A stretch of 44,358 nt of DNA from Gallionellaceae bacterium (GTDB lineage Bacteria; Pseudomonadota; Gammaproteobacteria; Burkholderiales; Gallionellaceae): positions 1 to 44,358 of the forward strand of contig JBBIJL010000002.1 of NCBI GenBank assembly GCA_037446005.1. The letters run 5' to 3'. Shown one piece after another: positions 18,266 through 27,136 of the stretch (positions are counted from its first letter, which is position 1; each line of letters starts with the position of its first letter). Under the pieces are notes generated by a model, which saw only the letters and a list, made by a program, of their open reading frames with translations, was not told the origin of the DNA and did no database searches. A program made the position numbers and the translations under genes.

Positions 18266-18535
18266 CTAATTGAGTCCGGTCAACTCGTCGGTCAGACAAC
18301 CGATAGGCTCACCCAATGTGCCTTCCGCATCCGTCTCAAAACGCACCAGATAAATCTCCTCGTCGGGCATTTCCTGTGCATGGCCGATGTTGACCACCAC
18401 GCCGCGCGTGCCCGCAGCGGCGAGCAAGACATCCGGCTCCACACCGGGGATGCCGCTCTCGCCGGTTTCTTCCAGCGCTTCGTTATATAAATCCAGTGCG
18501 GCGAACACCATGTCGCCCATTTGAAATCTGCTCAT
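18266..18535 (-). CDS. nifZ: NifZ
   Basis: 89 aa. F.MGD.V.......N.........G..LLAAAGTRGVVVN.G.......IYLVRF.....LG...GC...EL follows the NifZ pattern. Confidence 0.85.
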   Translation of the reverse strand: MSRFQMGDMVFAALDLYNEALEETGESGIPGVEPDVLLAAAGTRGVVVNIGHAQEMPDEEIYLVRFETDAEGTLGEPIGCLTDELTGLN

Positions 18536-18539
18536 CGCG

Positions 18540-18920
18540 TTACCCTCCCGGATTCGGAATCAGTTGCGCTTCACAGCGCAGCGTCTTGTCGTCACCCCAT
18601 GCCGTGACCATCTCCACAAACCAGCGCACATCGCGCGGGTGCGGACAGAACAGATCGTACTCGGCGTAGAAGCTGCCGTCGCTGTTAAACGTCAGCGTGC
18701 CGCAACGGTTGTTGCGCGCATCGCGCCATACCCCTTCATAGCCGGAGCGCTGGTTGGAAGGATCGGTGACCAGCGTAAATTTGGCGGCGGCCAGTTCTAT
18801 CTTCGGTGCCGCGCCGGTCAAGGTAAAACGCTCGGCTTCCTGTTGCAGCGCGGCAGCGATGCGTGTTCCCAATGCTTCGAGTTCGGCGGGAAGCTGCCGC
18901 GCCACCTCCGCTGCTACCAT
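18540..18920 (-). CDS. hypothetical protein (126 aa) inside the nif operon
   Basis: ATG 18920 overlaps the ferredoxin stop by 7 nt, and its own stop is 4 nt before the nifZ ATG. I recognise no family. Confidence 0.55.
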   Translation of the reverse strand: MVAAEVARQLPAELEALGTRIAAALQQEAERFTLTGAAPKIELAAAKFTLVTDPSNQRSGYEGVWRDARNNRCGTLTFNSDGSFYAEYDLFCPHPRDVRWFVEMVTAWGDDKTLRCEAQLIPNPGG

Positions 18921-19237
18921 ATATCGGCGGGGGCTTTCAGGCGCTCGACCACGTTACCGCCCAGCAGATGCGACTCGAATATCTCGCCCACATCCGCCTT
19001 GCTCACGTTGTTGTACATCACGCCCTCGGGATAGACCAGCACGTTCGGCCCCATGCTGCACGGGCCGATACAGCCGCTCGGTGTCACCATCACTTGCGCG
19101 AACGCCTGGCGCTGCTGCCATTGCTTCATAAATTCATCCACCACTTCGGCACAACCCTTCGCACCGCAGGAACCGCGCGGATGTCCCGCCGGACGATTCT
19201 GGGAACAGACAAATACGTGTCTCGCTGGCTTGGGCAT
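18914..19237 (-). CDS. thioredoxin-like [2Fe-2S] ferredoxin
   Basis: ATG 19237 (the ORF track extends to 19309). MPKPARHVFVCSQNR..GSCG..G........PSGCIGPC..GPNVLVYPEG is the thioredoxin-like 2Fe-2S pattern. Confidence 0.8.
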   Translation of the reverse strand: MPKPARHVFVCSQNRPAGHPRGSCGAKGCAEVVDEFMKQWQQRQAFAQVMVTPSGCIGPCSMGPNVLVYPEGVMYNNVSKADVGEIFESHLLGGNVVERLKAPADIW

Positions 19238-19239
19238 CG

Positions 19240-19530
19240 TTAGGCTCCCGCTGGCATGGGTTGATGGGTGTGGCACTGCTTCGGACACACGCGGCCGCAG
19301 GAACCGCAACCGATACAGTCCATCGCATCGGCGAGCGTCATCACCATGCTGTTGTCTTCGTCTTCATCGTAGTTTTCGTCATCCTCGCTGCGCTCCACCA
19401 GCTCGAATACTTTGCGCGGGCAAACTTTGTAGCAGCGTCCGCAGCCGATACAGTTGGCCGCGTTCAACTCGGTGACGAAAGTGGGTTCGTAAGGCGTGCC
19501 GCCTCGGGTGATTCCGGTAATGTTAGCCAT
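19240..19530 (-). CDS. nif-specific ferredoxin III type (two 4Fe-4S motifs, acidic insert)
   Basis: ATG 19530. CIGCGRCYKVCP ... acidic insert EDDENYDEDEDN ... CIGCGSCGRVCP. Confidence 0.85.
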   Translation of the reverse strand: MANITGITRGGTPYEPTFVTELNAANCIGCGRCYKVCPRKVFELVERSEDDENYDEDEDNSMVMTLADAMDCIGCGSCGRVCPKQCHTHQPMPAGA

Positions 19531-19544
19531 AATGTTTCCTCTGT

Positions 19545-19763
19545 TTATCCTTGTATTTCTTTCTGTGCCGCAATCAATTTCGCATTCGCTTCCGCCCATG
19601 CCTGGCACGCGTCGTAAGTCGACTGCGCAATAGCGGGAATCTCTTTGTATCCGGCGGGTAACTTATCCTCGACCAGATCATGCAATTGCGAAGCCCATTC
19701 GCTGGAAATGCGTTTGAGTTTTTTGACTTCCTTGTCGAGCGCTTTCAATTCTTCTTCGGTCAT
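19545..19763 (-). CDS. DUF683 / Rop-like nitrogen-fixation protein (CCE_0567 family)
   Basis: 72 aa, helical. ..QLHDLVEDKLP....IP.IAQSTYDA.. resembles the small nif-cluster protein family. It is in the usual position after DUF269. Confidence 0.78.
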   Translation of the reverse strand: MTEEELKALDKEVKKLKRISSEWASQLHDLVEDKLPAGYKEIPAIAQSTYDACQAWAEANAKLIAAQKEIQG

Positions 19764-19780
19764 TTGTTTCTCCTGCGTTT

Positions 19781-19839
19781 AAAACCTTAACCACCTCCAA
19801 CTCCCCCTTCTCAGGGGAGGCTGGGAGGGGTTAGGTTTT
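19781..19839. repeat. REP-like imperfect palindrome inside the operon
   Basis: AAAACCTTAACCACCTCCAACTCCCC .. GGGGAGGCTGGGAGGGGTTAGGTTTT. The inner stem CTCCCC/GGGGAG is perfect and the outer arms have bulges. Confidence 0.5.
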
Positions 19840-19845
19840 CCTGTA

Positions 19846-20301
19846 TTAAAGTCCCGCCACTTCCGGGTACTTGCCGATAATTTCCAGCGCCACGGAAAGC
19901 AGCTTGTCCGCTTCGTCCTTCATCTTGGACAGGCTCTCGTAGCCGTAGCGGTGCACGTCGCGCAGGGTCTTGTCCATCACCACCAGCTTGCCCACGGTAA
20001 TCACCGCACGGCCAAAACCTTCGTGAGTGATGTTAATCATCGGCACCGCCATCTGTCCGCACTCTTTTTCGATCAACGAAGCGATAGCGTTGTAAAACGC
20101 CTTGATGCGCGATAACAGAATTTCGTCCGGGTCGCCGATCACGGGCATTTCGCGGCGCTGTTCTTTGGTCACCACATACGGCGCGAGAATGCGATCAACC
20201 GGCCAGCCGTCATAGGTGCCGTAGCTGTCAATAGCGCGCATCTGCTTGACCATCTCCTGAATGAAATCGGTAGACAACAACGGGTCTGCTGCTTGAGTCA
20301 T
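19846..20301 (-). CDS. NifX-associated nitrogen fixation protein (DUF269)
   Basis: 151 aa. ..FIQEMVKQMRA.D.YG.......D..IL.PYVVTKEQRR..P..GDPD...L.R...FY.A.. is the DUF269 pattern. Confidence 0.88.
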   Translation of the reverse strand: MTQAADPLLSTDFIQEMVKQMRAIDSYGTYDGWPVDRILAPYVVTKEQRREMPVIGDPDEILLSRIKAFYNAIASLIEKECGQMAVPMINITHEGFGRAVITVGKLVVMDKTLRDVHRYGYESLSKMKDEADKLLSVALEIIGKYPEVAGL

Positions 20302-20735
20302 GGTGTTTCTCCTTTAGAAAAGTTTTCATTCTTGTGTTGTACAGTCATGCGTGGCACCCAGCCCGTGAGCCGGGCCAGCAAAAATCCCGCTACAAAACCG
20401 CTCCCCGCGCCAAGCACCGCGCCCACGTCGCCCAAGTCCAGCGCTGCCGCGATACCCGCAAAAACAATCGCCAGCACGCAAGGTAGCAGATAAGCCAGCA
20501 AGCCCGCCTTGAGCAAATCGCCCTCGCTCATGCTCAGTTGCAACTCGTCGCCCGCGTGAATATTTGCCTCGCATTTCACTTCAATCGCATTACGGTGGTT
20601 GGAAAAATATTTCCCCAAGCCGGACGCCCCGCAACTGCTGCGCGACTTGCAACCGCCGCAGCCGGATTCGCCGGAAGGCTCGACACGCGCCGTGCCGTTG
20701 CCGGTAGAAATCACTCTTGCGCTGGTCTCTATCAT
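20298..20735 (-). CDS. RseC/MucC-family small membrane protein
   Basis: ATG 20735 forms an ATGA overlap with the nifX stop, and its own stop overlaps the DUF269 ATG (ATGA). N-terminal ..ARV......A.VE......CGGCKSRSSCG.. followed by two hydrophobic helices. Confidence 0.7.
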   Translation of the reverse strand: MIETSARVISTGNGTARVEPSGESGCGGCKSRSSCGASGLGKYFSNHRNAIEVKCEANIHAGDELQLSMSEGDLLKAGLLAYLLPCVLAIVFAGIAAALDLGDVGAVLGAGSGFVAGFLLARLTGWVPRMTVQHKNENFSKGETP

Positions 20736-21142
20736 TCCTGCCACTCCTCGTCCGCATCAAAGCCGCCGCCCGCCTGCTTCTTCAAATGTTTGGCCATCCA
20801 CACCGGCGGATCATTCGCCAGATTTTTTTGCAGCCCCAGCAGCAACTCGTCGATGAGCACGCCTTCCTCCACACGCATGGGCTGGATGCTTTTCGCCAGC
20901 AGTTGCTGGATGGCCGATGCGCCCACCGCGTTGCAGTACACCGCCGCGCAATCGCCCAGCAGCTCAACCTTGGCGGCCAGCTTGCCTTCGTGCCCGTCCA
21001 TCGCGGTCTCGATGAATTCCGCCACTTCCACCAGCCGCGCTTCATTCTCGCCCAACTCGTAAACCGCGAACGCTTCCGCCGCGCCGAAGTGCTGATTGAC
21101 CGCGCGGCGGTCGCTGGTCGCGAATGCGATTTTTACCGTCAT
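20732..21142 (-). CDS. nifX: NifX
   Basis: ATG 21142 with GGAGG upstream (the ORF track extends to 21424 into nifN). MTVKIAFATSDRRAVNQHFG.A..FAVYE.. is the NifX/NifB-C-terminal fold signature. Confidence 0.9.
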   Translation of the reverse strand: MTVKIAFATSDRRAVNQHFGAAEAFAVYELGENEARLVEVAEFIETAMDGHEGKLAAKVELLGDCAAVYCNAVGASAIQQLLAKSIQPMRVEEGVLIDELLLGLQKNLANDPPVWMAKHLKKQAGGGFDADEEWQE

Positions 21143-21152
21143 GTTCGCCTCC

Positions 21153-22544
21153 TCAATGGGTTTGACCAGCCGCAGGTGTCGCACGACCTTCTCCTGTCCG
21201 CTGTGCATAGATCGAAACGTAGGGCTCCGGCTCGTGGTGGCCGTGCTCCACCAGCATGTTGGCCAGATCGAACAGCGCCTGCCGCGTGCCGCGGTAGCCC
21301 ACCCACAACCGCTGGTAGCCGCCGAGCAGATCGTATTGCGGGAAGCCCGCGCGCAGCAGCGGCACGCCGAGGCGGCGCGCGGAAGCCACCGCATGCGAAT
21401 TGCTGATGACGAGCTGCGCGCCATTTTTTCTGGCCGCGATTTCGAGGTCTTCCAGATCGCCGATGCCGACCTGCACGACGCTCACATCCTGCAAAATATT
21501 GGCGCGCGAAGGCGCGACCGCGGCCACCGCCTCGCAGCCCACCTCGCTCACCAGCCGCGCAAAGCCGTAGAGCAGATCGGGATCGGCGGCGATAGCGACA
21601 CGCGCGAAGCCCAGCATGAAATGCGAATCCACCATCGCGTCCTGCAACTGCGCGCGCTGGCGCTCGATTTTTTCCGGCACGGGCTTGCCGCTGATTTCGG
21701 CCAGCGCCGCGACGAAACTGTCCACCGCGCCCAATCCCATCAAACTGTCGAAACGAAAATCCGGCACGCCGGTTTGCGCCTGCAAAAAATCGGCGGCCTC
21801 GAACAAAGAATTGCCCAGTACCAGCGTGGCGATGGATTCGCCCATCGTGGAGATCTCCGACACCGGCGTGCCGCCCACCGTGAGCGGACTGCTTTCCATC
21901 TCGGTGAGATGCCCGTCGAGCGAGTCGCCGATGTCCGGCAACACCAGCGGGCGCAGGCCGAATGCCTCGATGAGTTCTTTGATGTGTTCGACATCGCCGG
22001 GGGTGAGAAATGATCCGGCCAGCACGTTGATTTGTTTTTTGCGCTTGCCCACATTGGCGCTTTTTTCCGGCAGCAATGTTTCCAGCACCGCCTTCACCGC
22101 CAGCGCATAACCGCTCTCCAGACACCCCGTAAAATCCGGCGTATTCACCGGCACAACCGGAATGTGGGAAAACTGCGGATGTGCCTTGTAAAACTCTTTC
22201 ACCAGACGCTTGATGTCCGTGCCCTGCGTTTCAGACAGCCCCGTCGTCGGCAAACCAACCAGCGCGGGCTTGCTCTTCTCGCACACCGCGCGCAAGCCCT
22301 CAATCACATTTTCGTCCGCGCTCATCACGGTGGAAACCTGATCCATCGCCGTAGTCTGCAAGGGAATCGGCTCGCGGAAATGGCGCACGAAATACACCTT
22401 GCCGAACGCGGTGCAGCCTTGCGAACCGTGCAGCATCGGAATGGCTTTGTTGATGCCGAGGAAGGCCAGCGATGCGCCAACCGGCTGGCTGGCCTTGAGC
22501 GGATTCACCGCGAGGGCTTTGTTGCGTTTCAGGATTTCGGCCAT
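21153..22544 (-). CDS. nifN: NifN
   Basis: ATG 22544 lies 1 nt after the nifE stop, with GGGAG upstream. [16 protein letters not shown]....[13 protein letters not shown]-type motif (here [13 protein letters not shown]). Confidence 0.95.
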   Translation of the reverse strand: MAEILKRNKALAVNPLKASQPVGASLAFLGINKAIPMLHGSQGCTAFGKVYFVRHFREPIPLQTTAMDQVSTVMSADENVIEGLRAVCEKSKPALVGLPTTGLSETQGTDIKRLVKEFYKAHPQFSHIPVVPVNTPDFTGCLESGYALAVKAVLETLLPEKSANVGKRKKQINVLAGSFLTPGDVEHIKELIEAFGLRPLVLPDIGDSLDGHLTEMESSPLTVGGTPVSEISTMGESIATLVLGNSLFEAADFLQAQTGVPDFRFDSLMGLGAVDSFVAALAEISGKPVPEKIERQRAQLQDAMVDSHFMLGFARVAIAADPDLLYGFARLVSEVGCEAVAAVAPSRANILQDVSVVQVGIGDLEDLEIAARKNGAQLVISNSHAVASARRLGVPLLRAGFPQYDLLGGYQRLWVGYRGTRQALFDLANMLVEHGHHEPEPYVSIYAQRTGEGRATPAAGQTH

Positions 22545-22545
22545 G

Positions 22546-23952
22546 TCATGCTCCCAATTCAATGCCGGGCACAGAGGTCTTCGCCCAAGGCGACGGTTTG
22601 CGCACCGCAGGCCACACCGGGCTCTGTATGGTCAGTGCCAACTGGCGTGCCAACTCAACCATGCCGCTGTATCCCTCGTAACCGAATTCGCGCTCCTGAT
22701 TGATGTCGAGGAACGGGATGCGCGCCTTCAAGGCGGTGTACATATTGCGTCCGCCCGCAATCAGAATATCGGCGCGATATTCCTTCACCGCGCCCAGCAG
22801 CGCCTTGGGGCTGCCGTCGGTAATCATCTTGGTTTTGTCGCCCATGATTTCGCGGATGCGCGCTTTGTCTTCTTCGGTGGATTTGTTGGTGCCGGTGGCG
22901 ACGACTTCCATGCCGAGGTCTTGCAAGGCGGACACAATCGACCACGACTTCACGCCACCGGTATAGAGCAGCACGCGTTTGCCGCGCAGCTTGTCGCGCC
23001 ACGGTTCGAGCGCCGCATTGATCTTGGCTTCCTCACGCGCAATGAGCGCTTCGGTACGTGCGGTGAGCGAAGGATCGTTGAGCAGTTTGGCGAATTCGCG
23101 GAACGCCATCGAGGTGTCGGTCACGCCGTAGAAACTGCCCTCGAAATACGGGGTTTTGTAGTCGGTTTGCAGCTTGCGCGCCACGTTGAGCAAAGCCTTG
23201 GCGCACACCACCATGTTGGCTTCGGCGCGGTGCATGGTCTGCACATCATGAAAGCGCGCGTCGCCGGACAAGGTGCACAGGATGCGCAAACCGAGTTCGT
23301 CGAACAACGGCAACACATTCCAGAATTCGCCCGCGATGTTGTATTCGCCGATCAGGTTCACATCGTGCACGGCGATGCCGGGGCGCTGCATTTCGGGCAA
23401 CAGCGGCAACGGCTCCGCCGTGCCCACCACATACTTGAACATGGCCTCGCCCGCGATGCGGTTGCCGAGATTTTTGGTGCCGTAAAAACCCGCGCAATCC
23501 ACCGGCACCACCGGCACGCCAAATTTTTCGGCGGCGGCTTTGCACACCGCGCCGATGTCGTCGCCGATCAATGCGGGCACGCAAGTGTTGTAAATAAAAA
23601 CGGCGTTGGGAGAGTAGCTCTCGACCGCCTGTTTGATGGCATGGAACAGCCGCTTCTCGCCGCGCCCCATGATGACATCCTGTTCGGTGAGGTCGGTGGT
23701 CATGCCGATGCGGTACAACGTCGGCCCGGAAGAGCGCGTGCCGCGGTTATCCCACGAACTGCCCGCGCAAGCGATGGGGCCGTGCACGATATGCGCCACA
23801 TCGGCGATGGGCAGCAGCGCAATCTGCGCACCGTCAAACGAACACCCGCCCGCCGTCGCCCCCGGCTTGGGACGCGCGCAACCGGATTTCTCCTTCTTGT
23901 TATGCGCGCAGGCGGGTTCGTTCAGCAGTTCGGCGATGTCCTTGGCTTGCAT
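22546..23952 (-). CDS. nifE: NifE
   Basis: 468 aa. ..[37 protein letters not shown].. is diagnostic of NifE. Confidence 0.96.
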   Translation of the reverse strand: MQAKDIAELLNEPACAHNKKEKSGCARPKPGATAGGCSFDGAQIALLPIADVAHIVHGPIACAGSSWDNRGTRSSGPTLYRIGMTTDLTEQDVIMGRGEKRLFHAIKQAVESYSPNAVFIYNTCVPALIGDDIGAVCKAAAEKFGVPVVPVDCAGFYGTKNLGNRIAGEAMFKYVVGTAEPLPLLPEMQRPGIAVHDVNLIGEYNIAGEFWNVLPLFDELGLRILCTLSGDARFHDVQTMHRAEANMVVCAKALLNVARKLQTDYKTPYFEGSFYGVTDTSMAFREFAKLLNDPSLTARTEALIAREEAKINAALEPWRDKLRGKRVLLYTGGVKSWSIVSALQDLGMEVVATGTNKSTEEDKARIREIMGDKTKMITDGSPKALLGAVKEYRADILIAGGRNMYTALKARIPFLDINQEREFGYEGYSGMVELARQLALTIQSPVWPAVRKPSPWAKTSVPGIELGA

Positions 23953-23987
23953 GGCATTGGCTCACGAGTAATGACACTCTCGTATCT

Positions 23988-24002
23988 GCAAATGCTGTGC
24001 CA
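23988..24002 (-). promoter_or_regulatory. sigma54 promoter of nifENX...
   Basis: The minus strand reads TGGCAC-AGCAT-TTGC, an exact consensus match 36 nt upstream of the nifE ATG. Confidence 0.85.
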
Positions 24003-24045
24003 AGGTCGGCAGGTTGATTTCAATGGGGTTTATCGGAAATTATCT

Positions 24046-24061
24046 TGTAGCAAAACCGACA
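24046..24061. promoter_or_regulatory. NifA UAS (TGT-N10-ACA)
   Basis: TGTAGCAAAACCGACA lies 44 bp upstream of the -24 element. Confidence 0.7.
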
Positions 24062-24079
24062 AGAACAACAAAAGTAAAC

Positions 24080-24113
24080 GTAGGTCGGGTTGGCGTAGCG
24101 TAACCCGACCTAC
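24080..24113 (-). terminator. REP-like hairpin / terminator after orf321
   Basis: GTAGGTCGGGTT .. AACCCGACCTAC (12-bp perfect stem) begins 9 nt after the stop. On the minus strand it is followed by TTTACTTTTGTTGTT. Confidence 0.55.
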
Positions 24114-24122
24114 TCAAATTCG

Positions 24123-25088
24123 TTAAACCGAGTACGGCGCCGCAGCCCAGCTCTTGATTAACGCCGCCTCTGTCTCCGGCAAATAACTGAATCCGGCTTC
24201 CAGGTCGCGTGCTACTGCGTAGGCAATCTTGGGGGGCGTGAAGGTGCCCGCGACGAGGTGGAAGTACCATGCGGACGGATAGTGGGCGGCGCGGTCGAAG
24301 GCCTGCAACTGTGCGGACATTTCCACGCCGGAAAGTTCGAGGTTCCACTGGAAGGGTTTGAGCGCGCGCGCATAACGCGACACCAGCGAAGCGGAGAGCA
24401 CCGGGTTGCGGTAACGGTCCTGATGTTCGCGCAGTGCCACAATCCAGTGGTCGCTGAAGTGGCCGCGCGCGGCGGCGCTGCTGTGCGACCATTCGGCCAG
24501 CAGGCGCAGCAAGCCGGCATTGCGACCGTCGGCCAGCGATACTTTGGCGATGGCTTGGCGCATGTCGAGCAAGCGGCGGAAACGATAGCGCGGCGCACCG
24601 ACGGCCTGTGCGGCCAGCACGGCGGGAGCAATCGGTTCAAGCAGCTCCTGCAAATCTTCGGGCGGTTTGTCGAGGTCAATCAGTTTGCGATCCAGCACTT
24701 CCTGCAATTCCTCGACTTCCAGTTGCAGAAAATCCGCCGGCGCCGGGCCGTAGGACGCGACGAAATAATGCGTGCGTCCGGTGTGGCGGGTGACCAGCAG
24801 GCCGCTGTCGGCATGGCGCTCGACCAACTCGCCCATGTCGCCTTTGCACTCGGCCAGTTCTGCCTTTGCCCAGGTTTCCAGGCTGTCGGCAATGCGCCGT
24901 CCGTCCGCCGCGATGATCCCGCCGGAGCGATACCAGCCGCCGCGATCCAGCGCCTGACGGAAGGTGCAGCCGGAGCGGATGCGGTTGGCGATTTCCAGCA
25001 GCGCGCTGTGATGCGGACGCGGCGGAAGCGCTTCGATCTCGCCGGCCAAATTGCGCAACGCGGTTTCATCAGGCGTGTAGATACTCAT
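24123..25088 (-). CDS. hypothetical protein (321 aa) coupled to the LRV gene
   Basis: ATG 25088 forms an ATGA overlap with the LRV stop. It is a long ORF with a balanced composition. I recognise no family motif. Confidence 0.65.
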   Translation of the reverse strand: MSIYTPDETALRNLAGEIEALPPRPHHSALLEIANRIRSGCTFRQALDRGGWYRSGGIIAADGRRIADSLETWAKAELAECKGDMGELVERHADSGLLVTRHTGRTHYFVASYGPAPADFLQLEVEELQEVLDRKLIDLDKPPEDLQELLEPIAPAVLAAQAVGAPRYRFRRLLDMRQAIAKVSLADGRNAGLLRLLAEWSHSSAAARGHFSDHWIVALREHQDRYRNPVLSASLVSRYARALKPFQWNLELSGVEMSAQLQAFDRAAHYPSAWYFHLVAGTFTPPKIAYAVARDLEAGFSYLPETEAALIKSWAAAPYSV

Positions 25089-25840
25089 TTATCGTCCCCC
25101 AGTAAAAATTCATTCAGGCGCTGCCGCACGGCGGCGCGCACATCCGGCTCGGCATCATCCACCATCCCGGTAATCGCCTCCAGCGGCGCACGCTGCGCCG
25201 CTTCCAGCCGCACGATCCAGTCTTCGTCCACCAGCATCTTTGCCGCGTCGTCGGGCAACATGCGCGACGCGACCATGCGCCGCACCTCCGCGTCCCCGTC
25301 TTGCGCCAGCGCGCCCAAGGCGAACGGCGGCAGGCGCCGCGCCACTTCTTTGCGCACCTCGCGGTCTGTATCGTGCGCCATGCGCCGCAACTGCCCGTGC
25401 GGTAAGCGCTTCGCTACCTGCAAGCGCACCAGATAATCTTCGTCTCCCAGCAAAGCGCCCAGCCGTTCCGGCGCGATGCGCTCGGCCACCGTCATGCGCA
25501 CTTCGCGGTCGCTGTCATGCAGATACGCATCCAGTTCATCGACCGGCAAGCGGCTCGCCACCACGCGGCGCACCACCTCGTCCGCATCGCGCGGCAACTG
25601 GCGCACCAGCTCCAGCGGCGCATAGCGCGCGGCTATTGCGCGCCGCTCCCAGAACGCATCGCCCAGATAATCCGGCGCACACTCCGAATTGCGCCGCAGG
25701 AAGCGGTCGATTTGCCGCCCGCTCTGCGCCGTCACGCAAATGTCGCCCGGCACGCATTTGCCCTGCGTCAGTAATGCGCGACGCGGACAGGCCGAGCAAC
25801 CGGCAAGCACCACCCCGCCCAGCGGGGACGCATCGGACAT
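25085..25840 (-). CDS. 4Fe-4S leucine-rich-repeat-variant (LRV) protein
   Basis: ATG 25840. N-terminal Cys cluster (GCSACP..C..GDIC), then about seven 24-residue repeats of the form D.D..VR..VA.RLP (DADEVVRRVVASRLP, DSDREVRMTVAERIAP, DTDREVRKEVARRLP ...). Confidence 0.8.
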   Translation of the reverse strand: MSDASPLGGVVLAGCSACPRRALLTQGKCVPGDICVTAQSGRQIDRFLRRNSECAPDYLGDAFWERRAIAARYAPLELVRQLPRDADEVVRRVVASRLPVDELDAYLHDSDREVRMTVAERIAPERLGALLGDEDYLVRLQVAKRLPHGQLRRMAHDTDREVRKEVARRLPPFALGALAQDGDAEVRRMVASRMLPDDAAKMLVDEDWIVRLEAAQRAPLEAITGMVDDAEPDVRAAVRQRLNEFLLGDDK

Positions 25841-25890
25841 ATTCAATCCCTTCAATTTTCGCTCCGCAATAAACCTTGCCATGGGGAAGA

Positions 25891-25905
25891 GCAACCACCG
25901 TGCCA
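25891..25905 (-). promoter_or_regulatory. sigma54 promoter of LRV-orf321
   Basis: The minus strand reads TGGCAC-GGTGG-TTGC, 51 nt upstream of ATG 25840. Confidence 0.8.
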
Positions 25906-25978
25906 CTTCGCAAGATTCGGGATAAACCTGATAAGGGCAGGGGGGCGGTGCAGGGAAGAAAACGTGGCCGGAATGTTT

Positions 25979-25994
25979 TGTAGCGATTGCGACA
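25979..25994. promoter_or_regulatory. NifA UAS (TGT-N10-ACA)
   Basis: TGTAGCGATTGCGACA lies 74 bp upstream of the -24 element. Confidence 0.7.
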
Positions 25995-26003
25995 AATTTG
26001 CGC

Positions 26004-26027
26004 TGTAGGTCGGGTTAGGCCGTCAGC
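26004..26027. repeat. half REP element
   Basis: TGTAGGTCGGGTTAGGCCGTCAGC shares GTAGGTCGGGTT with the hairpin at 24080, but I found no clean complementary arm. Confidence 0.4.
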
Positions 26028-26065
26028 AAAACTGCCGGAGAGCCGACGTCCCGCTGGCGCTCCCC

Positions 26066-27136
26066 TCACATCAGCGCCACGCTCTTAACTTGCGCAAACA
26101 CATCCATGCCGGACGCCAGACTGAGCAGGTCGCGCGAGCGGCGCGTGATGCGCGACAGCAACGCTTGCGAATCGCCGACCATCATGCGCACCATCACTTT
26201 ATCGTTTTCCTCATCGCGTATCTCGGCGATGCGCGCGGGCAGAATGTTGGTGATGCTGGATCCTTGCGGCGGCTGCGTGGCGATGCTCACGTCGCGCGCC
26301 AGCACGCGGGCGCGCACGCGATTGCCGGACGGCTGTTCCACCTTGCTCACCCACAGACTTCCGCCGGAGAATTCCAGCCGCGTGAGATGATAGCGTTCAT
26401 CGTGCTGCGCCACCGTCGCGTCGAGCACCGCTCCCGCATCGTCGTAATACGCGGTGGGTAGGTCGAGCCGCGCGAGAGTCTCATGCAGCTCGCCGCTGGC
26501 GATGACGCGCCCTTGTTCCAGCAGCACCAGATGATCGGCCAGCCGCGCCACTTCATCCATGGCATGGCTCACGTAAAACACGGGAATATCCAGCTCACGG
26601 TGCAGGCGTTCCAGATAGGGCAGGATGTCTTGCTTGCTGGCGCTGTCGAGCGCGGAGAGCGGCTCGTCCATCAGCAGAATGCGCGGGCTGGTGAGCAGCG
26701 CGCGACCGATGGCGACGCGCTGGCGTTCGCCGCCGGAGAGTTGCGTCGGATCGTTGCGCCCGATCAAGTGAGACAACCCCAGCCAACCTACCACGTGTTC
26801 CAACTGCACTTTGCGCTCTGCCGGAACGATACGTTTGTAGCCATATTCCAGATTAGCGCGCACCGACAGATGCGGAAACAGACTCGCCTCTTGGAATACA
26901 TAGCCCAATGGACGCTGATGCACGGGGACAAAGGTCTTGTCGTCTTGCCACATTTCACCGTTCACTTGCAGCGAACCTTGCGCACGCTCCAATCCCGCAA
27001 TGCAGCGCAGCAACGTGGTCTTGCCCGAACCGGAGGGGCCGAACAGCGCCGTCCCCCCCTGCGCTGGCACATCAAAAGCGGCATCCAGCGTGAAGCTGTC
27101 CAACTGCATCTTGAACTGCGCGTGAATGTTGCTCAT
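26066..27136 (-). CDS. modC: molybdate ABC transporter ATP-binding protein ModC
   Basis: 356 aa. Walker [10 protein letters not shown], signature LSGGERQRV, Walker B LLMDEP, and a C-terminal TOBE/Mop domain. It forms an ATGA overlap with modB. Confidence 0.93.
   Translation of the reverse strand: MSNIHAQFKMQLDSFTLDAAFDVPAQGGTALFGPSGSGKTTLLRCIAGLERAQGSLQVNGEMWQDDKTFVPVHQRPLGYVFQEASLFPHLSVRANLEYGYKRIVPAERKVQLEHVVGWLGLSHLIGRNDPTQLSGGERQRVAIGRALLTSPRILLMDEPLSALDSASKQDILPYLERLHRELDIPVFYVSHAMDEVARLADHLVLLEQGRVIASGELHETLARLDLPTAYYDDAGAVLDATVAQHDERYHLTRLEFSGGSLWVSKVEQPSGNRVRARVLARDVSIATQPPQGSSITNILPARIAEIRDEENDKVMVRMMVGDSQALLSRITRRSRDLLSLASGMDVFAQVKSVALM

Noticed and set aside
22399-24126. 575-aa plus-strand ORF antisense to nifE that also spans the nifE promoter region
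   Set aside because: Same shadow-ORF signature, and the opposite strand encodes a diagnostic NifE sequence.
25536-26069. 177-aa minus-strand ORF spanning the modC-LRV intergenic region
   Set aside because: It overlaps the LRV gene in another frame and runs through the sigma54 promoter, the UAS and the REP fragment. Its Arg/Gly-rich translation has no motifs.
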